From an uncultured Leptolinea sp. (lineage in GTDB: Bacteria > Chloroflexota > Anaerolineae > Anaerolineales > Anaerolineaceae), in contig CAYRHB010000003.1 of NCBI GenBank assembly GCA_964424035.1, positions 1 to 62,647 of the forward strand: a stretch of DNA of 62,647 bases, read 5' to 3'. Made by a program: the position numbers and the translations under genes. Below, one piece after another: positions 9,985 to 20,339 of the stretch. Below the pieces are notes generated by a model. The model saw only the letters and a list, made by a program, of their open reading frames with translations, was not told the DNA's origin and searched no databases. Position 1 is the first letter of the stretch; each line of letters begins with the position of its first letter.

Positions 9985-10428
9985 CTACCAGCCGCCCGGT
10001 TTGAGTATTCCCAGCCGGGCGGCTTTTTGTATGCATTCTGCCGTGGTATTGGCATTCAACTTGAGTTTGATGGCCGAAATATGCAAACTGACGGAGCGCT
10101 GGTGAATATTTAGTCTTCCGGCGATCTGCTTGCCTGTCAATCCCCGCGAGAGACAATCCAGAACATCCAACTGGCGGCGGGTAAGGCGGTTCACCTCCGG
10201 CAGGTTTTCAGGCCGGGTTTCCGGTGGATCCACAGGCAAAATTACAACCCAATCCTGCCACAGTACGGCGGTATATTTTACATCCGGATTACGCATGTCC
10301 TCATCCGTCTTGATATAATCCGGCAGCCTGCCATATACATCAATATCTTGTACGATCCGGGAAGAGGCTTGTGTCTGGATCTGGTATGAGAAGGATTGAT
10401 CCGGTTTAATCAGGATAAGGTGGGTCAT
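9985..10428 (-). CDS. LuxR-type HTH regulator without receiver domain
   Basis: C-terminal LTRRQLDVLDCLSRGLTGKQIAGRLNIHQRSVSLHISAIKLKL is a LuxR/GerE HTH. Confidence 0.85.
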   Translation of the reverse strand: MTHLILIKPDQSFSYQIQTQASSRIVQDIDVYGRLPDYIKTDEDMRNPDVKYTAVLWQDWVVILPVDPPETRPENLPEVNRLTRRQLDVLDCLSRGLTGKQIAGRLNIHQRSVSLHISAIKLKLNANTTAECIQKAARLGILKPGGW

Positions 10429-10442
10429 GGATTAGATCAGAA

Positions 10443-10486
10443 ATAGTATATTTGTTCTATTATCTCACAACTTCTTTGGATGTCAA
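10443..10486 (-). promoter_or_regulatory. Promoter of the LuxR-type gene with a LexA-like box
   Basis: Minus strand TTGACA (10486-10481), 16 nt, GATAAT, followed immediately by AGAACAAATATACT, which has two mismatches to AGAAC-N4-GTTCT. Confidence 0.5.
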
Positions 10487-10551
10487 GCGTAGATGTATAC
10501 AGAGCTTTTACAAAAGTCCGGATTCTTGCCACAGCGGAGTAAAATAAAAAT

Positions 10552-11997
10552 ATGAAAGTTAAAAACCTGCTTCGCCGCGTTGTTCCAATATGTGTCACCG
10601 TCATACTGGCCGGTACAACACTGCCGGTTGCAGCAGCCGGTTCCCGGTCTGACCAGCTTCCCCCTGCCACAGACGCCATCGGGTTGGTTGCCAGTGCGAA
10701 TTACCAGACCGATAACCTGACCATGGACGACCAGTACCTGTACCCGACGTTCAGCTCTTTAAGCGTGGTCGACCTTAACCCCGATTCCCTCAAGCTGTTC
10801 TACAAATTCCGTACAGATTACATATTTGACCTGGTGGTAAAAGGCCAATACGCCTTCGCGGGTCAGCAGGAAAAAGGATTGAGGGTGTTTGACATTACCG
10901 TAGCCACACCCACAGTATTCTCGAGCCATACCATTTCAGGCGGGGTGTACGGTCTGGCATTGTCCGGGACCAATCTGTTGCTTACAACCGGCAAAAACGG
11001 TCTGGAAATCAGGGACACCACAAAGCCGTATGATATGCCGGTCATCAGCCAACTGGCGCTGGAAGGGTTTTCCAGACAGGTCTCAGCCTCCGGCAATCTG
11101 GCTTTGGTCGCTGCCGGCAAGAGCGGTGTTCACGTGGTGGATATCAACAATCCGGAAGCCCCTAAATTAATCACAACCTATGAAACGGATTCTCCCGCTG
11201 AAAATGTAACGCTCGACGGCACAACCGGCTACCTGGCACTGGGAACCGGCGGAATGGAGATCGTTGACCTGAAGGATCCCTCCAATCCGACCATGCTGTC
11301 TTCACTGGAAAGCCGGGATTTCCTGCGCAGGGTGATCATCAAAGACAGGTTTGCCTATCTCGCGGAACGCGATGCTGGAATTCGGATTGTCGATGTGTCC
11401 GATCCTGCCAATCCTCTTCCATTAGCCGTATATAACACCACAGGCGGCGCGTGGGATATCGCCGTGAAAGACAACTACATTTATGTGGCTGATTATCCCT
11501 ATGGACTGCTGGTCCTGAAATACAACCCGCCGGTAAAACAATCCATTCCCGCGGATGGAGGCACGATTGGCTCAGCGGCTGACAACACCAGTACCACAAT
11601 AAACGCGGATACATTTGGTAAACAGGTCGATTTCAAGCATGAACCTCTGCCCGCCATTAATACTCCCATCGGCCCGGAACCGGCTCTGGTCAAAACCGGT
11701 CCATTCTTCCGCAATAGCGCATGGATAGACAATGAGCCGGTGGAACCGGCAGGGGAGTATTCCATCACAGTCAAAGCTGACCTGACCGGTCTGACTACCC
11801 GGCAAATTGGCGCCTTAAGCCTGTATTACTGGGATACGGATTTGAAACGCTGGCGGAAAGATGTCTCTACCCGCCTGGATAAAACCACCGGAGTATTAAC
11901 AGCCACCCCCAACCGCCTTGGGATCTGGGGCGTGTTTTACGACAACAATGTCGCGTACAGCACACTGCCATCTACAGCCACCCCGAATCTGCCCTGA
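10552..11997 (+). CDS. Secreted LVIVD-repeat (beta-propeller) protein
   Basis: Signal peptide, then repeats such as YLALGTGGMEIVDLKDPSNP, FAYLAERDAGIRIVDVSDPANP and LVAAGKSGVHVVDINNP. Confidence 0.85.
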   Translation: MKVKNLLRRVVPICVTVILAGTTLPVAAAGSRSDQLPPATDAIGLVASANYQTDNLTMDDQYLYPTFSSLSVVDLNPDSLKLFYKFRTDYIFDLVVKGQYAFAGQQEKGLRVFDITVATPTVFSSHTISGGVYGLALSGTNLLLTTGKNGLEIRDTTKPYDMPVISQLALEGFSRQVSASGNLALVAAGKSGVHVVDINNPEAPKLITTYETDSPAENVTLDGTTGYLALGTGGMEIVDLKDPSNPTMLSSLESRDFLRRVIIKDRFAYLAERDAGIRIVDVSDPANPLPLAVYNTTGGAWDIAVKDNYIYVADYPYGLLVLKYNPPVKQSIPADGGTIGSAADNTSTTINADTFGKQVDFKHEPLPAINTPIGPEPALVKTGPFFRNSAWIDNEPVEPAGEYSITVKADLTGLTTRQIGALSLYYWDTDLKRWRKDVSTRLDKTTGVLTATPNRLGIWGVFYDNNVAYSTLPSTATPNLP

Positions 11998-13902
11998 TCA
12001 GGGGAGTACAGTGATCTCACGCGGATAGAAGAAGCCGTAACGCTGAATATCCGGATCATCGGAATCGTAGTATCTCCCACACACCTGAAGGATGCCGTAG
12101 GATTGCGGCATCTTTTCTGTATCTGTCAACAACCACACACGTTTGGCTGTATGAATATCATACCCAAGCAACATGGTGGCGGGTGGTTCCAGTTTTTGAA
12201 GGATCGCGATTGCTTCATTGTTGGGTAAATTGTGTATGAAGACTTTGTAGCGGCCAAAATGGAATTTCGGAAGCCAATCCAATTGGAGAACGCTTTCCCT
12301 TATCAGCCGGACTTCATTTCCCGGTTCATAATGCATACTCACCGGAACCTCACCTTCAAGGCATTGAGGCACGTCCACCTGGGGTGGAATGGCTGTTTTT
12401 ATAAAGAAAACCGGTGCGGCAAACATGAAAACGGTGAGCAATCCGGTATAAACTACCATCCCGGTGACTGGCGTGGATTCTCCGGGCCGGTCTTTTATTT
12501 GAGACCACGGGATCACGTTGACCAGCTCCGACAATCCCAGTGCAGGCAAGACCGCCAACAATGGAATGGTGGCGGCAAACGCCCGCATTTTATGCGCATC
12601 ACCGGGGGGTACAAACGGGATGGAAATGAAAATCCCGAAAATGGATACGAGAATGAATACATGAAGAGGGTCATCCCTTTTGCGTACAGCCTGAACCACC
12701 GCTGCCAGGCACAGGGCGTAAAGAATCCAGTGGATATAACGATTTCCCTCCGCATTCTCACCGCCCACATAGGAATACACACTGAACCATGTGTCAGAGA
12801 AAAGCAATCCCCATTGATGCAATGACCCTTTTACGATACCCATCGGATTTTCCCGGATCAGGTCAAACGCCATCTGATAGATCTGACTGAACCGTTCCTT
12901 ATCCGGCAATTCACGGGTTTCTTCAGACTGGTAATATACGTATGACCAACGCTCACCACCGGAAGCCAATCCATATAGTGATTCTGAAAAATTGCCAAAA
13001 GCCATTCCCACCGGACTGCCAATAAACCGCAGCAGGACGGAATTCAGACCAAACCCGGCCACCACCACCAACCCGGCCAACAGCGCGTTCCTCCAGTGAA
13101 AACGAGTTTTATTGCGGAACTGGAACCCCGTCCACAGTACGAGCATCGGGAGGATGAACAATGCCCCGACACGGATATTCATGGCCAGGGTAAGAAGAAG
13201 AATACCGGTCAGTATATACGACAGTCTGCGTGGCGATACACCCCGCAGGAAAAAAGCCAGGGAAAGCATCCCGAAGGTCAAGCCCAGGGTCTCTGTCATA
13301 GTGGTACCAGCGAAACGCCGGGCGAACAGGAAAACGATCCACAGAGATAAAGAGGCAGCCGCAGGTCCCTTTACGCGGCGCAATTCCAGGGTCATAAAAG
13401 CGGCGGCACATGCTTCCAACAAAACCAGAATGGTTAACGCGTGCTGAAGATTACGGCCTGTCAGTCCCAGCAGCGAGGCCAGAAAACCGATCGCCAGCGG
13501 ACGACGGGAGGATGAATCAGACAACAGAGATCCATCCAGAAGGCGGTTGGCATCGTTGTAATACGTAGCCGCGTCATTGTAAGGAATCAAACCGCTGACC
13601 ACGTACGGCTCGCTCTGTCCGCTTGCCCAAAGGCCGGAAAGTGCCAGTCCAAATAGCGCCCCACATCCCATAAATAAAACCGGTACACGCCAGCGGGTTG
13701 GAAGCCGCAAAACCAGGTAAAAAACGGCCAGTAATACAATGGATGTGGTGGTGAAACTGTATCGCGCTGCGACCGCCAGACTGCGGATCTCAACCGGGAC
13801 CCGGCTGTATGCGGTGAAAAGGAAGGCCGCGGTCAGCGCCAAAAACGCGACCAGGAATTCAAGAGTTGTTGAACGGGTAATTCGATCCAATCGTGATGTC
13901 AT
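11998..13902 (-). CDS. Polytopic membrane protein, possibly GT-C type glycosyltransferase
   Basis: More than 10 hydrophobic segments, loop motif YNDAATYY, TMTETLG and NIRVGA, plus a soluble C-terminal domain. The function call is inference. Confidence 0.6.
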   Translation of the reverse strand: MTSRLDRITRSTTLEFLVAFLALTAAFLFTAYSRVPVEIRSLAVAARYSFTTTSIVLLAVFYLVLRLPTRWRVPVLFMGCGALFGLALSGLWASGQSEPYVVSGLIPYNDAATYYNDANRLLDGSLLSDSSSRRPLAIGFLASLLGLTGRNLQHALTILVLLEACAAAFMTLELRRVKGPAAASLSLWIVFLFARRFAGTTMTETLGLTFGMLSLAFFLRGVSPRRLSYILTGILLLTLAMNIRVGALFILPMLVLWTGFQFRNKTRFHWRNALLAGLVVVAGFGLNSVLLRFIGSPVGMAFGNFSESLYGLASGGERWSYVYYQSEETRELPDKERFSQIYQMAFDLIRENPMGIVKGSLHQWGLLFSDTWFSVYSYVGGENAEGNRYIHWILYALCLAAVVQAVRKRDDPLHVFILVSIFGIFISIPFVPPGDAHKMRAFAATIPLLAVLPALGLSELVNVIPWSQIKDRPGESTPVTGMVVYTGLLTVFMFAAPVFFIKTAIPPQVDVPQCLEGEVPVSMHYEPGNEVRLIRESVLQLDWLPKFHFGRYKVFIHNLPNNEAIAILQKLEPPATMLLGYDIHTAKRVWLLTDTEKMPQSYGILQVCGRYYDSDDPDIQRYGFFYPREITVLP

Positions 13903-13929
13903 ATCCTATCCCGGTATTTCAATAAGAAC

Positions 13930-13955
13930 AGGGACGGGCAATCATGCCCGTCCCT
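13930..13955 (-). terminator. Terminator after nuoN
   Basis: 11-bp stem AGGGACGGGCA / TGCCCGTCCCT followed on the minus strand by GTTCTTATT. Confidence 0.65.
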
Positions 13956-13985
13956 ATATTTTACCGTCTCAATTCCACTCTGCCG

Positions 13986-15440
13986 CTATTTTATACTGGC
14001 AATAAGATTTGCGGCAATCTGGAAAACCGGTGAGGGATTAAAACTGATGATCAGTACTCCCGCGGCCATGATCACTGCCATACGACCGGCCCATTTACCC
14101 GGTTGGATCCGGGGCTCCCCCGGTTTGAGGAAGGCGTACATGACAACCCGTAGATAGTAATAGGCTGAAACCAGCGAGGTTAACAAACCGATCAATGCCA
14201 ACCCCGAAAAGCCACCATCCACGGCTGTTTTGAAGAGATATAACTTGCCCCAGAATCCCATCGTAAGGGGTATGCCGGTGAAGGAAAACATGCCAATCAA
14301 GAGTGCCGCACCCAGCCAGGGATTTTTTCTTCCCAGACCGGAAAAATCCTGTAAGATTGGCCCGTCCGAGCCAGCCGGTTCAATGGCGATCACCACTGCC
14401 CAGACGCTGAAACTCGTTAAAGCGTATGCCAGCAAATAGAAAACCGCAGAAGAGACAGCCTCACTTGCCACATCCGAAATTCCATACGAAATAAATGCCA
14501 TCAGAATATATCCCGCATTGGCAATACTGGAATATGCAAGCATGCGTTTAATGTTCGTCTGTGCGATGGCCACAACATTCCCCAGGATCATACTGGCAGC
14601 GGCCAATACCCAGAATATGGTAGACAGGGTGGATACCAGTGGAGTAAAGATCATGATAAAAACACGGATGAGACCGGCGAATCCGGCCGCTTTGGTCGCT
14701 ACTGACATGAACGCACCCAGCGAAGAAGGCGCGCCATGATACACATCCGGCACCCACATATGGAACGGTACAACACCAATCTTGAATCCCAAACCAACAA
14801 TCAAAAGGCTGGCGCCAATCAGGAGCAGGCCCATATCTGTCTTTCCGGCTGAAATGGAGGCTGCAATCTGTGGCAAATGGATGGAACCGGATGCACCGTA
14901 TATCCAGGCTATGCCAAACAACAGGAATGCGGAGGCAAACGCACCCACCAGGAAATACTTCAACGCCGCCTCTTCCGATGCCAACCGCGGCCGGAAGAAA
15001 CCGGACAGGATGTACAAGGGTATGGAAAGCAATTCAAGGGCCAAAAAAACGATGATCAGATCGTTGGCTGCGGCCATAAGCAGCATGCCGGAAACGGAGA
15101 AGAGCAGCAGCGTGTAATATTCTCCACGTTCCGCATCGTTGCGCTTCAAATAATCATACGACAGGGCAACAGCGACCAATCCACTTGCCAGAAATACAAG
15201 GCCAAGGGTTCGGCTGAAGCCATCCAGTACAACCATGCCTCCGAAACCTGACGAGGTTTGCCCGCCCTGGGCGAATGATAAAACCGCAGAGATTGTTAAT
15301 CCTGCCACAGCCAGAAGGGCTGTGTAACCCTTCCGCGTTTCGGGGATCCATAGATCAGCCAGAAGCACAACCAGTCCCCAGGCAGCGAGGAAAATCACGG
15401 GAAGGATGGTCAAAAAATCAGATTGTACGGGCATATCCAT
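13986..15440 (-). CDS. nuoN: NADH-quinone oxidoreductase subunit N
   Basis: LALELLSIPLY, EAALKYF, FKIGVVPFHMWVPDVYHGAP, KRMLAYSSI. Confidence 0.96.
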   Translation of the reverse strand: MDMPVQSDFLTILPVIFLAAWGLVVLLADLWIPETRKGYTALLAVAGLTISAVLSFAQGGQTSSGFGGMVVLDGFSRTLGLVFLASGLVAVALSYDYLKRNDAERGEYYTLLLFSVSGMLLMAAANDLIIVFLALELLSIPLYILSGFFRPRLASEEAALKYFLVGAFASAFLLFGIAWIYGASGSIHLPQIAASISAGKTDMGLLLIGASLLIVGLGFKIGVVPFHMWVPDVYHGAPSSLGAFMSVATKAAGFAGLIRVFIMIFTPLVSTLSTIFWVLAAASMILGNVVAIAQTNIKRMLAYSSIANAGYILMAFISYGISDVASEAVSSAVFYLLAYALTSFSVWAVVIAIEPAGSDGPILQDFSGLGRKNPWLGAALLIGMFSFTGIPLTMGFWGKLYLFKTAVDGGFSGLALIGLLTSLVSAYYYLRVVMYAFLKPGEPRIQPGKWAGRMAVIMAAGVLIISFNPSPVFQIAANLIASIK

Positions 15441-15446
15441 CCTCTC

Positions 15447-16955
15447 CTAATGCATTGCCCTGGCAGCCAATTCCACACCGGCCAACAGGTTTTCAACAGT
15501 GGGATTTATTAAAGCATAAAAAGGTGCGGGGAAAAGACCGATCCAAAAAATGAGGATGATCAAAGGAGCAAGTGTCAGGATTTCCCGCAATGACAGGTCT
15601 TTCAACGTACGATTCTCTTCCAGCGTGACCGTACCAAGAAAAATCTTTTCAAACAGGGTCAACAGGTACAGGGCAGCCAGAATAACACCAACCGCCGCCA
15701 CTCCGGCAAACCAGGGAGAAGCCAGCACACTCGACCCGAAGGATCCTGCCAGGATGGTGAATTCGCCGACGAATCCGTTGGTTCCCGGCAGCCCGGCTGA
15801 TGACAGCGTTACAATCAGACTCAGTGCGGCCAGTGCAGGCACAACTTTCCAGAGACCGCCAAAATCTACCAGCCGGCGGGTATGGCGGCGCTCATACAAC
15901 ATACCAACGATCAGGAACAATGCCCCGGTACTGATTCCATGATTGACCATTTGCAGCACACTACCCGAAACTGCCTGCGGAGTAAACGCGAATATCCCCA
16001 GCATCACAAATCCCATATGGCTGACGGATGAATACGCCACCAGTTTCTTGACATCCTTTTGCGCGAAAGCCACCAGAGCACCGTAGATGATGCCAACCAC
16101 TGCCAGCACAGCCATGATGGGAGCCAGTTGCATGGAAGCCTGTGGGAAAAGCGGCAGATTGAACCGCAGGAAGCCATAAGAACCCATCTTTAACAGGACA
16201 CCGGCCAGGATCACAGACCCGGCTGTGGGTGCTTCCACATGGGCATCGGGCAGCCAGGTGTGCAAAGGAAACATGGGTACTTTAATGGCAAAAGCCAGCG
16301 CGAAAGCCAGGAAAAGCCAATTCTGCGCCGGTGCGAACACAGCCCACATGCCCTTGAGCTCAGTCCAATCAAAAGTGCCGGCAGTGAGCCCGATGTACAG
16401 GATACCCAACAGCATGATCACCGAACCGGCCATGGTGAACAGGAAAAACTTGATCGCAGCGTACAGTCGGCGTTCTCCACCCCAGACCCCGATGAGGAAA
16501 TACATGGGAATAAGTGTGAATTCCCAGAAAATGTAAAAAAGGATCAGATCGAGGGCGACAAACACACCGAGCATACCGGTTTCCAGCAGCAGGAAAGAGA
16601 TCATGAACGTTTTCACCCTGTCCTGCACAGCCGTCCAGGTTGAAAGGATGGCAATGAATGACAACAGCGTTGTCAGCAGTATCATCAGCAGGCTAATACC
16701 ATCCATGCCGATATGGAATTCAATGGCTGTCCCCCCTACGGTAACCCAGGGCTGGATGAATTCCATCTGGATAACCGGATTGGCAGGGTTGAAATCGGCC
16801 AACAGCATGAGTGACACTGCGAAAGTGAGCAGCGAAACAGCCGCAGCCGTCCAACGGATGGCGTTCTTCTGTTCTTCTTTCAAAAAGGCGATCAGGAGAA
16901 CACCGGCCAGAGGAAGGAATGTGACCAGGAGAAGTGGATGTATCCCGAAATTCAT
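15447..16955 (-). CDS. nuoM: NADH-quinone oxidoreductase subunit M
   Basis: GMDGISL, FYIFWE, KVPMFPLHTWLPDAHVEAPT, LLKMGSYG, KKLVAYSSVSHMG. Start trimmed to ATG 16955. Confidence 0.96.
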   Translation of the reverse strand: MNFGIHPLLLVTFLPLAGVLLIAFLKEEQKNAIRWTAAAVSLLTFAVSLMLLADFNPANPVIQMEFIQPWVTVGGTAIEFHIGMDGISLLMILLTTLLSFIAILSTWTAVQDRVKTFMISFLLLETGMLGVFVALDLILFYIFWEFTLIPMYFLIGVWGGERRLYAAIKFFLFTMAGSVIMLLGILYIGLTAGTFDWTELKGMWAVFAPAQNWLFLAFALAFAIKVPMFPLHTWLPDAHVEAPTAGSVILAGVLLKMGSYGFLRFNLPLFPQASMQLAPIMAVLAVVGIIYGALVAFAQKDVKKLVAYSSVSHMGFVMLGIFAFTPQAVSGSVLQMVNHGISTGALFLIVGMLYERRHTRRLVDFGGLWKVVPALAALSLIVTLSSAGLPGTNGFVGEFTILAGSFGSSVLASPWFAGVAAVGVILAALYLLTLFEKIFLGTVTLEENRTLKDLSLREILTLAPLIILIFWIGLFPAPFYALINPTVENLLAGVELAARAMH

Positions 16956-16983
16956 AAAGTTTCCTTCACACGTATGTGCCTGT

Positions 16984-18975
16984 TCATCGCAAGACCAGAT
17001 AGGTGAAAATGGCGGCAACCCCGACGACTATGGATAAGGCATAAAAGCGTACATATCCATTTTCGAGCCGTGAGAATTGGCGAGAGATGGCTTTCGTTAA
17101 CGATCCCAGACCAACCGCGATCCCGTCGATCAAACCCTGGTCAACCGGTTCAGCCCATTCCCGGGCCATATCCTGCAGCGGGTTGACGATAAGTGAAGCG
17201 TACAATTCATCCACACGCCATTTCTCCTTTGCGCCGGTGTAGAAACTGCCCAGCCTGGCGGCCAATGGATCTACTTCGCCGGGTTTCCATTCCCATTTCC
17301 CGTAAAACATCCAGGCAGCAACAAACCCGGAAAGGGCAATAATCAGTGAAACGGAAGCGGTCACCAAATCAAATCCGGGTTGATGCCCCCCTCCAAGCGT
17401 ATGGTGCAGCCAGGTCTCCAATAAATTACTGCCGGGAAAATTCAACAGGCCACCCGTTACAGACAACGCAGCCAGGAGCACCAGTGGCAGTGTAATGACA
17501 GGCTTGTTTTCACTGGCCTGTTCCGCGTTTACCGTGCGCGGTCTGCCAAAGAATACCAGCCAGAGCTGGCGACCAACATAGAACGCTGTTAGGAAAGCGG
17601 AGATGAGCAGCACAATGAACACAGCCGGATGGGTATGCCTGGCGGTAGCCAGTATCTCATCCTTGGAAAAGAATCCGGCAAGCGGGGCAATACCAGCCAG
17701 AGCCAACGCACCAGCCAGATAAACCCAGAAGGTGACCGGCATTTTCTTCCGCAGGCCACCCATCAAGGTCATATCCTGTGGATCAATATGTGCGTGATGT
17801 CCATTGGTGTCATTGCCCGTTTCATCCAATTTTCGCGCGCCTTCCATCCCCAGAATCACCGAACCGGCTCCCAGGAAAAGCAGCGCCTTGAAGAAGGCAT
17901 GGGTGATCAGATGGAACATCCCGGCTACAAAAGCACCCATCCCCACGGCAGCCACCATGAACCCCAACTGGCTGATGGTGGAGTAAGCCAGCACTTTTTT
18001 GATGTCATTTTGGGCCATGGCGATGGTCGCCGCGAACAACGCGGTCAATGCGCCCACCCATACGACAGCATCCTGCGCCGCCGGGACAAGCTCATACAGA
18101 CCATGGGACCGTGCGATGAGGTATACACCGGCCGTGACCATGGTGGCGGCGTGGATCAGCGCGGAGACCGGTGTGGGACCGGCCATGGCGTCCGGCAGCC
18201 AGACATACAGGGGTAGCTGGGCGGATTTTCCGGTCACCCCCAGCAGCATGAACAGGGTAACAGCCAGCAAGACACCCGGCGCGGCGGCTGCCACTTCCGG
18301 TGCCCGGGCAAAGACAACATCGAATTGCAGGCTGCCGAAATTCCAGAACATGAGGAAAAGGGCGATCAGTAATCCAAAGTCACCAATACGGTTGACCAGA
18401 AATGCTTTTTTTCCTGCCCTGGCATTACCCAGACCGTCCTCCCCTTTTTCAAACCAGAACCCAATAAGCAGATAGGAGCATAATCCCACCCCCTCCCAAC
18501 CGACAAATAGCATCAGGTAGTTATCGGCTGAAACCAGAATCATCATGGCAAGAATGAACAGGTTAAAGAAGATAAAGAAACGGGTATAACGGCCGGGGTC
18601 TGCATTGAAGCGCACATCATAGTGCATGTAGCCCGCAGCATAGATATGGATGAGGGTCCCAACTCCGGTTACCGCCAGCATCATGGCGACCGACAAGGTA
18701 TCGACGCGGAAAACCCAGTCCACCTGCAGCGTGCCCGTGTGGATCCACTCCAACAAGGTGATGGTCGTTCCTTCCGGATGGCGGATCAACGCCAACATGA
18801 GGAGTATGGAAATGACAAAGCTGCCACCGGCTGCCAGACAGGCTGTGGCAGAAGTAAACTTCTCGCCCAGCCGGCGTCCTAAAAGCAGGTTAATGAAAAT
18901 ACCCAGCAACGGGAACCATACCACCCAGGGGACAAGAGAAAATGCAGGATCAGTTACTAATTCACGGAACAGCAT
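16984..18975 (-). CDS. nuoL: NADH-quinone oxidoreductase subunit L
   Basis: GWEGVGLCSYLLIGFW, NRIGDFG, KSAQLPLYVWLPDAMAGPTPVSALIHAATMV, DIKKVLAYST. Confidence 0.97.
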   Translation of the reverse strand: MLFRELVTDPAFSLVPWVVWFPLLGIFINLLLGRRLGEKFTSATACLAAGGSFVISILLMLALIRHPEGTTITLLEWIHTGTLQVDWVFRVDTLSVAMMLAVTGVGTLIHIYAAGYMHYDVRFNADPGRYTRFFIFFNLFILAMMILVSADNYLMLFVGWEGVGLCSYLLIGFWFEKGEDGLGNARAGKKAFLVNRIGDFGLLIALFLMFWNFGSLQFDVVFARAPEVAAAAPGVLLAVTLFMLLGVTGKSAQLPLYVWLPDAMAGPTPVSALIHAATMVTAGVYLIARSHGLYELVPAAQDAVVWVGALTALFAATIAMAQNDIKKVLAYSTISQLGFMVAAVGMGAFVAGMFHLITHAFFKALLFLGAGSVILGMEGARKLDETGNDTNGHHAHIDPQDMTLMGGLRKKMPVTFWVYLAGALALAGIAPLAGFFSKDEILATARHTHPAVFIVLLISAFLTAFYVGRQLWLVFFGRPRTVNAEQASENKPVITLPLVLLAALSVTGGLLNFPGSNLLETWLHHTLGGGHQPGFDLVTASVSLIIALSGFVAAWMFYGKWEWKPGEVDPLAARLGSFYTGAKEKWRVDELYASLIVNPLQDMAREWAEPVDQGLIDGIAVGLGSLTKAISRQFSRLENGYVRFYALSIVVGVAAIFTYLVLR

Positions 18976-18988
18976 GGGTATTCTCCAC

Positions 18989-19291
18989 CTAGCCTTTCAG
19001 ACTGTTCACCTGGTCTATGTCAATACTATGCCTGGTGCGGAAAATGGCCACCATCAATGCGAGTCCAATAGCCACTTCAGCGGCGGCTACCGTCATAACG
19101 AAAAAAACCGTGATCTGGCCGTCCAATAATCCGAACTGCCGGGCAAAAGCCACAAAAACCAGGTTGGCCGCGTTGAACATCAGCTCAAGAGACATAAATA
19201 CGACAAGTGCATTACGGCGGACCAGTACACCGACAATGCCGATGAAAAACATGATGAGCGCCAACGTCAAATAGTGCGAAACAGGAACCAT
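18989..19291 (-). CDS. nuoK: NADH-quinone oxidoreductase subunit K
   Basis: [31 protein letters not shown]. Confidence 0.96.
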   Translation of the reverse strand: MVPVSHYLTLALIMFFIGIVGVLVRRNALVVFMSLELMFNAANLVFVAFARQFGLLDGQITVFFVMTVAAAEVAIGLALMVAIFRTRHSIDIDQVNSLKG

Positions 19292-19294
19292 CCC

Positions 19295-19834
19295 TTATTC
19301 CTTTCCCTGCCGGGTCAGTCTCTTCTTCTGAATCTCTGACCGGGTAAGCACGACGGCGCCGATAATGGCGACCAGGAGGATGAATGATGTAATTTCAAAC
19401 GGCAATAAATAGGTGCTGAAAAGGGTCATACCGACCTTCGCAGGGCTGGCATAATCCGTGGCCGGCATGGTCAAAATCTCCACAGGCAGGTTCGATCGAA
19501 ACACAGCCAGCAAGGTGATCCCACCCAGGAATACTACAGAGATCAAAACAGCCAGTACACGCTGCTGGCGATTCTTTGCCTCATCCTGCAATTGTTCAGC
19601 CCCCAGCAGCATGATGACAAACAGGAAAAGGACCATGATCGCGCCGGCATACACGGTCACCTGAGCCATGGCGATGAATGGCGCGCCCAGGGTGATATAC
19701 AGGATGGCCACTGAGGCAAAATTAAGTACCAGGAATAAAGCGGAATAAATGGCATTCCGGCTGATCAGCATCCCCAGTGATGTGGCGATCACAATCGCGG
19801 CAACAAGATAGAAGAAAATGGCACCAATCTGCAT
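19295..19834 (-). CDS. nuoJ: NADH-quinone oxidoreductase subunit J
   Basis: QVTVYAGAIMVLFLFVIMLL, YLLPFEITS. Confidence 0.95.
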   Translation of the reverse strand: MQIGAIFFYLVAAIVIATSLGMLISRNAIYSALFLVLNFASVAILYITLGAPFIAMAQVTVYAGAIMVLFLFVIMLLGAEQLQDEAKNRQQRVLAVLISVVFLGGITLLAVFRSNLPVEILTMPATDYASPAKVGMTLFSTYLLPFEITSFILLVAIIGAVVLTRSEIQKKRLTRQGKE

Positions 19835-19845
19835 TCAGGACCTCA

Positions 19846-20337
19846 TCAATCCACCGGGTCTTTCATGGCGGGTACAGAGCGGGTAAACAAACCGGGTTCT
19901 GTCACCTGTGGAGTGGGCTTCCCTCCCGGAGGGACCGGTTCCAGGAGCATATCTTTGGTATAGATGGCCTGTTCCCGGCCGGTAAATGACAGTTCATAAT
20001 TATCACCAAGCACGATGGCTTCCGTCGGGCAGGCATCTTCGCAGAAGCCGCAATAAATACAACGCAGCATGTTGATCTGGTAGGTGCTGGCATAGCGTTC
20101 GCCCGGTGAGTAGCGTTCGGTGTCCGTGTTCTCCGATGCCTCCACAAAAATGGCATCAGATGGACAGGCTGCCGCGCACAGGGAACACCCGATACATTTT
20201 TCCAGGCCGTTCTCGTACCGTTTCAGAACATGGCGGCCTTTGAAACGTTCACGCACCGGTCTCTTCACTTCCGGGTAGGAAACCGTGACCGGTTTCTCAA
20301 ACATCGATTTAAAAGTCGTCCACAATCCGCGCAACAT
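19846..20337 (-). CDS. nuoI: NADH-quinone oxidoreductase subunit I
   Basis: Two 4Fe-4S motifs, CIGCSLCAAACP and CIYCGFCEDACP. Start at ATG 20337. Confidence 0.96.
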   Translation of the reverse strand: MLRGLWTTFKSMFEKPVTVSYPEVKRPVRERFKGRHVLKRYENGLEKCIGCSLCAAACPSDAIFVEASENTDTERYSPGERYASTYQINMLRCIYCGFCEDACPTEAIVLGDNYELSFTGREQAIYTKDMLLEPVPPGGKPTPQVTEPGLFTRSVPAMKDPVD

Positions 20338-20339
20338 AT

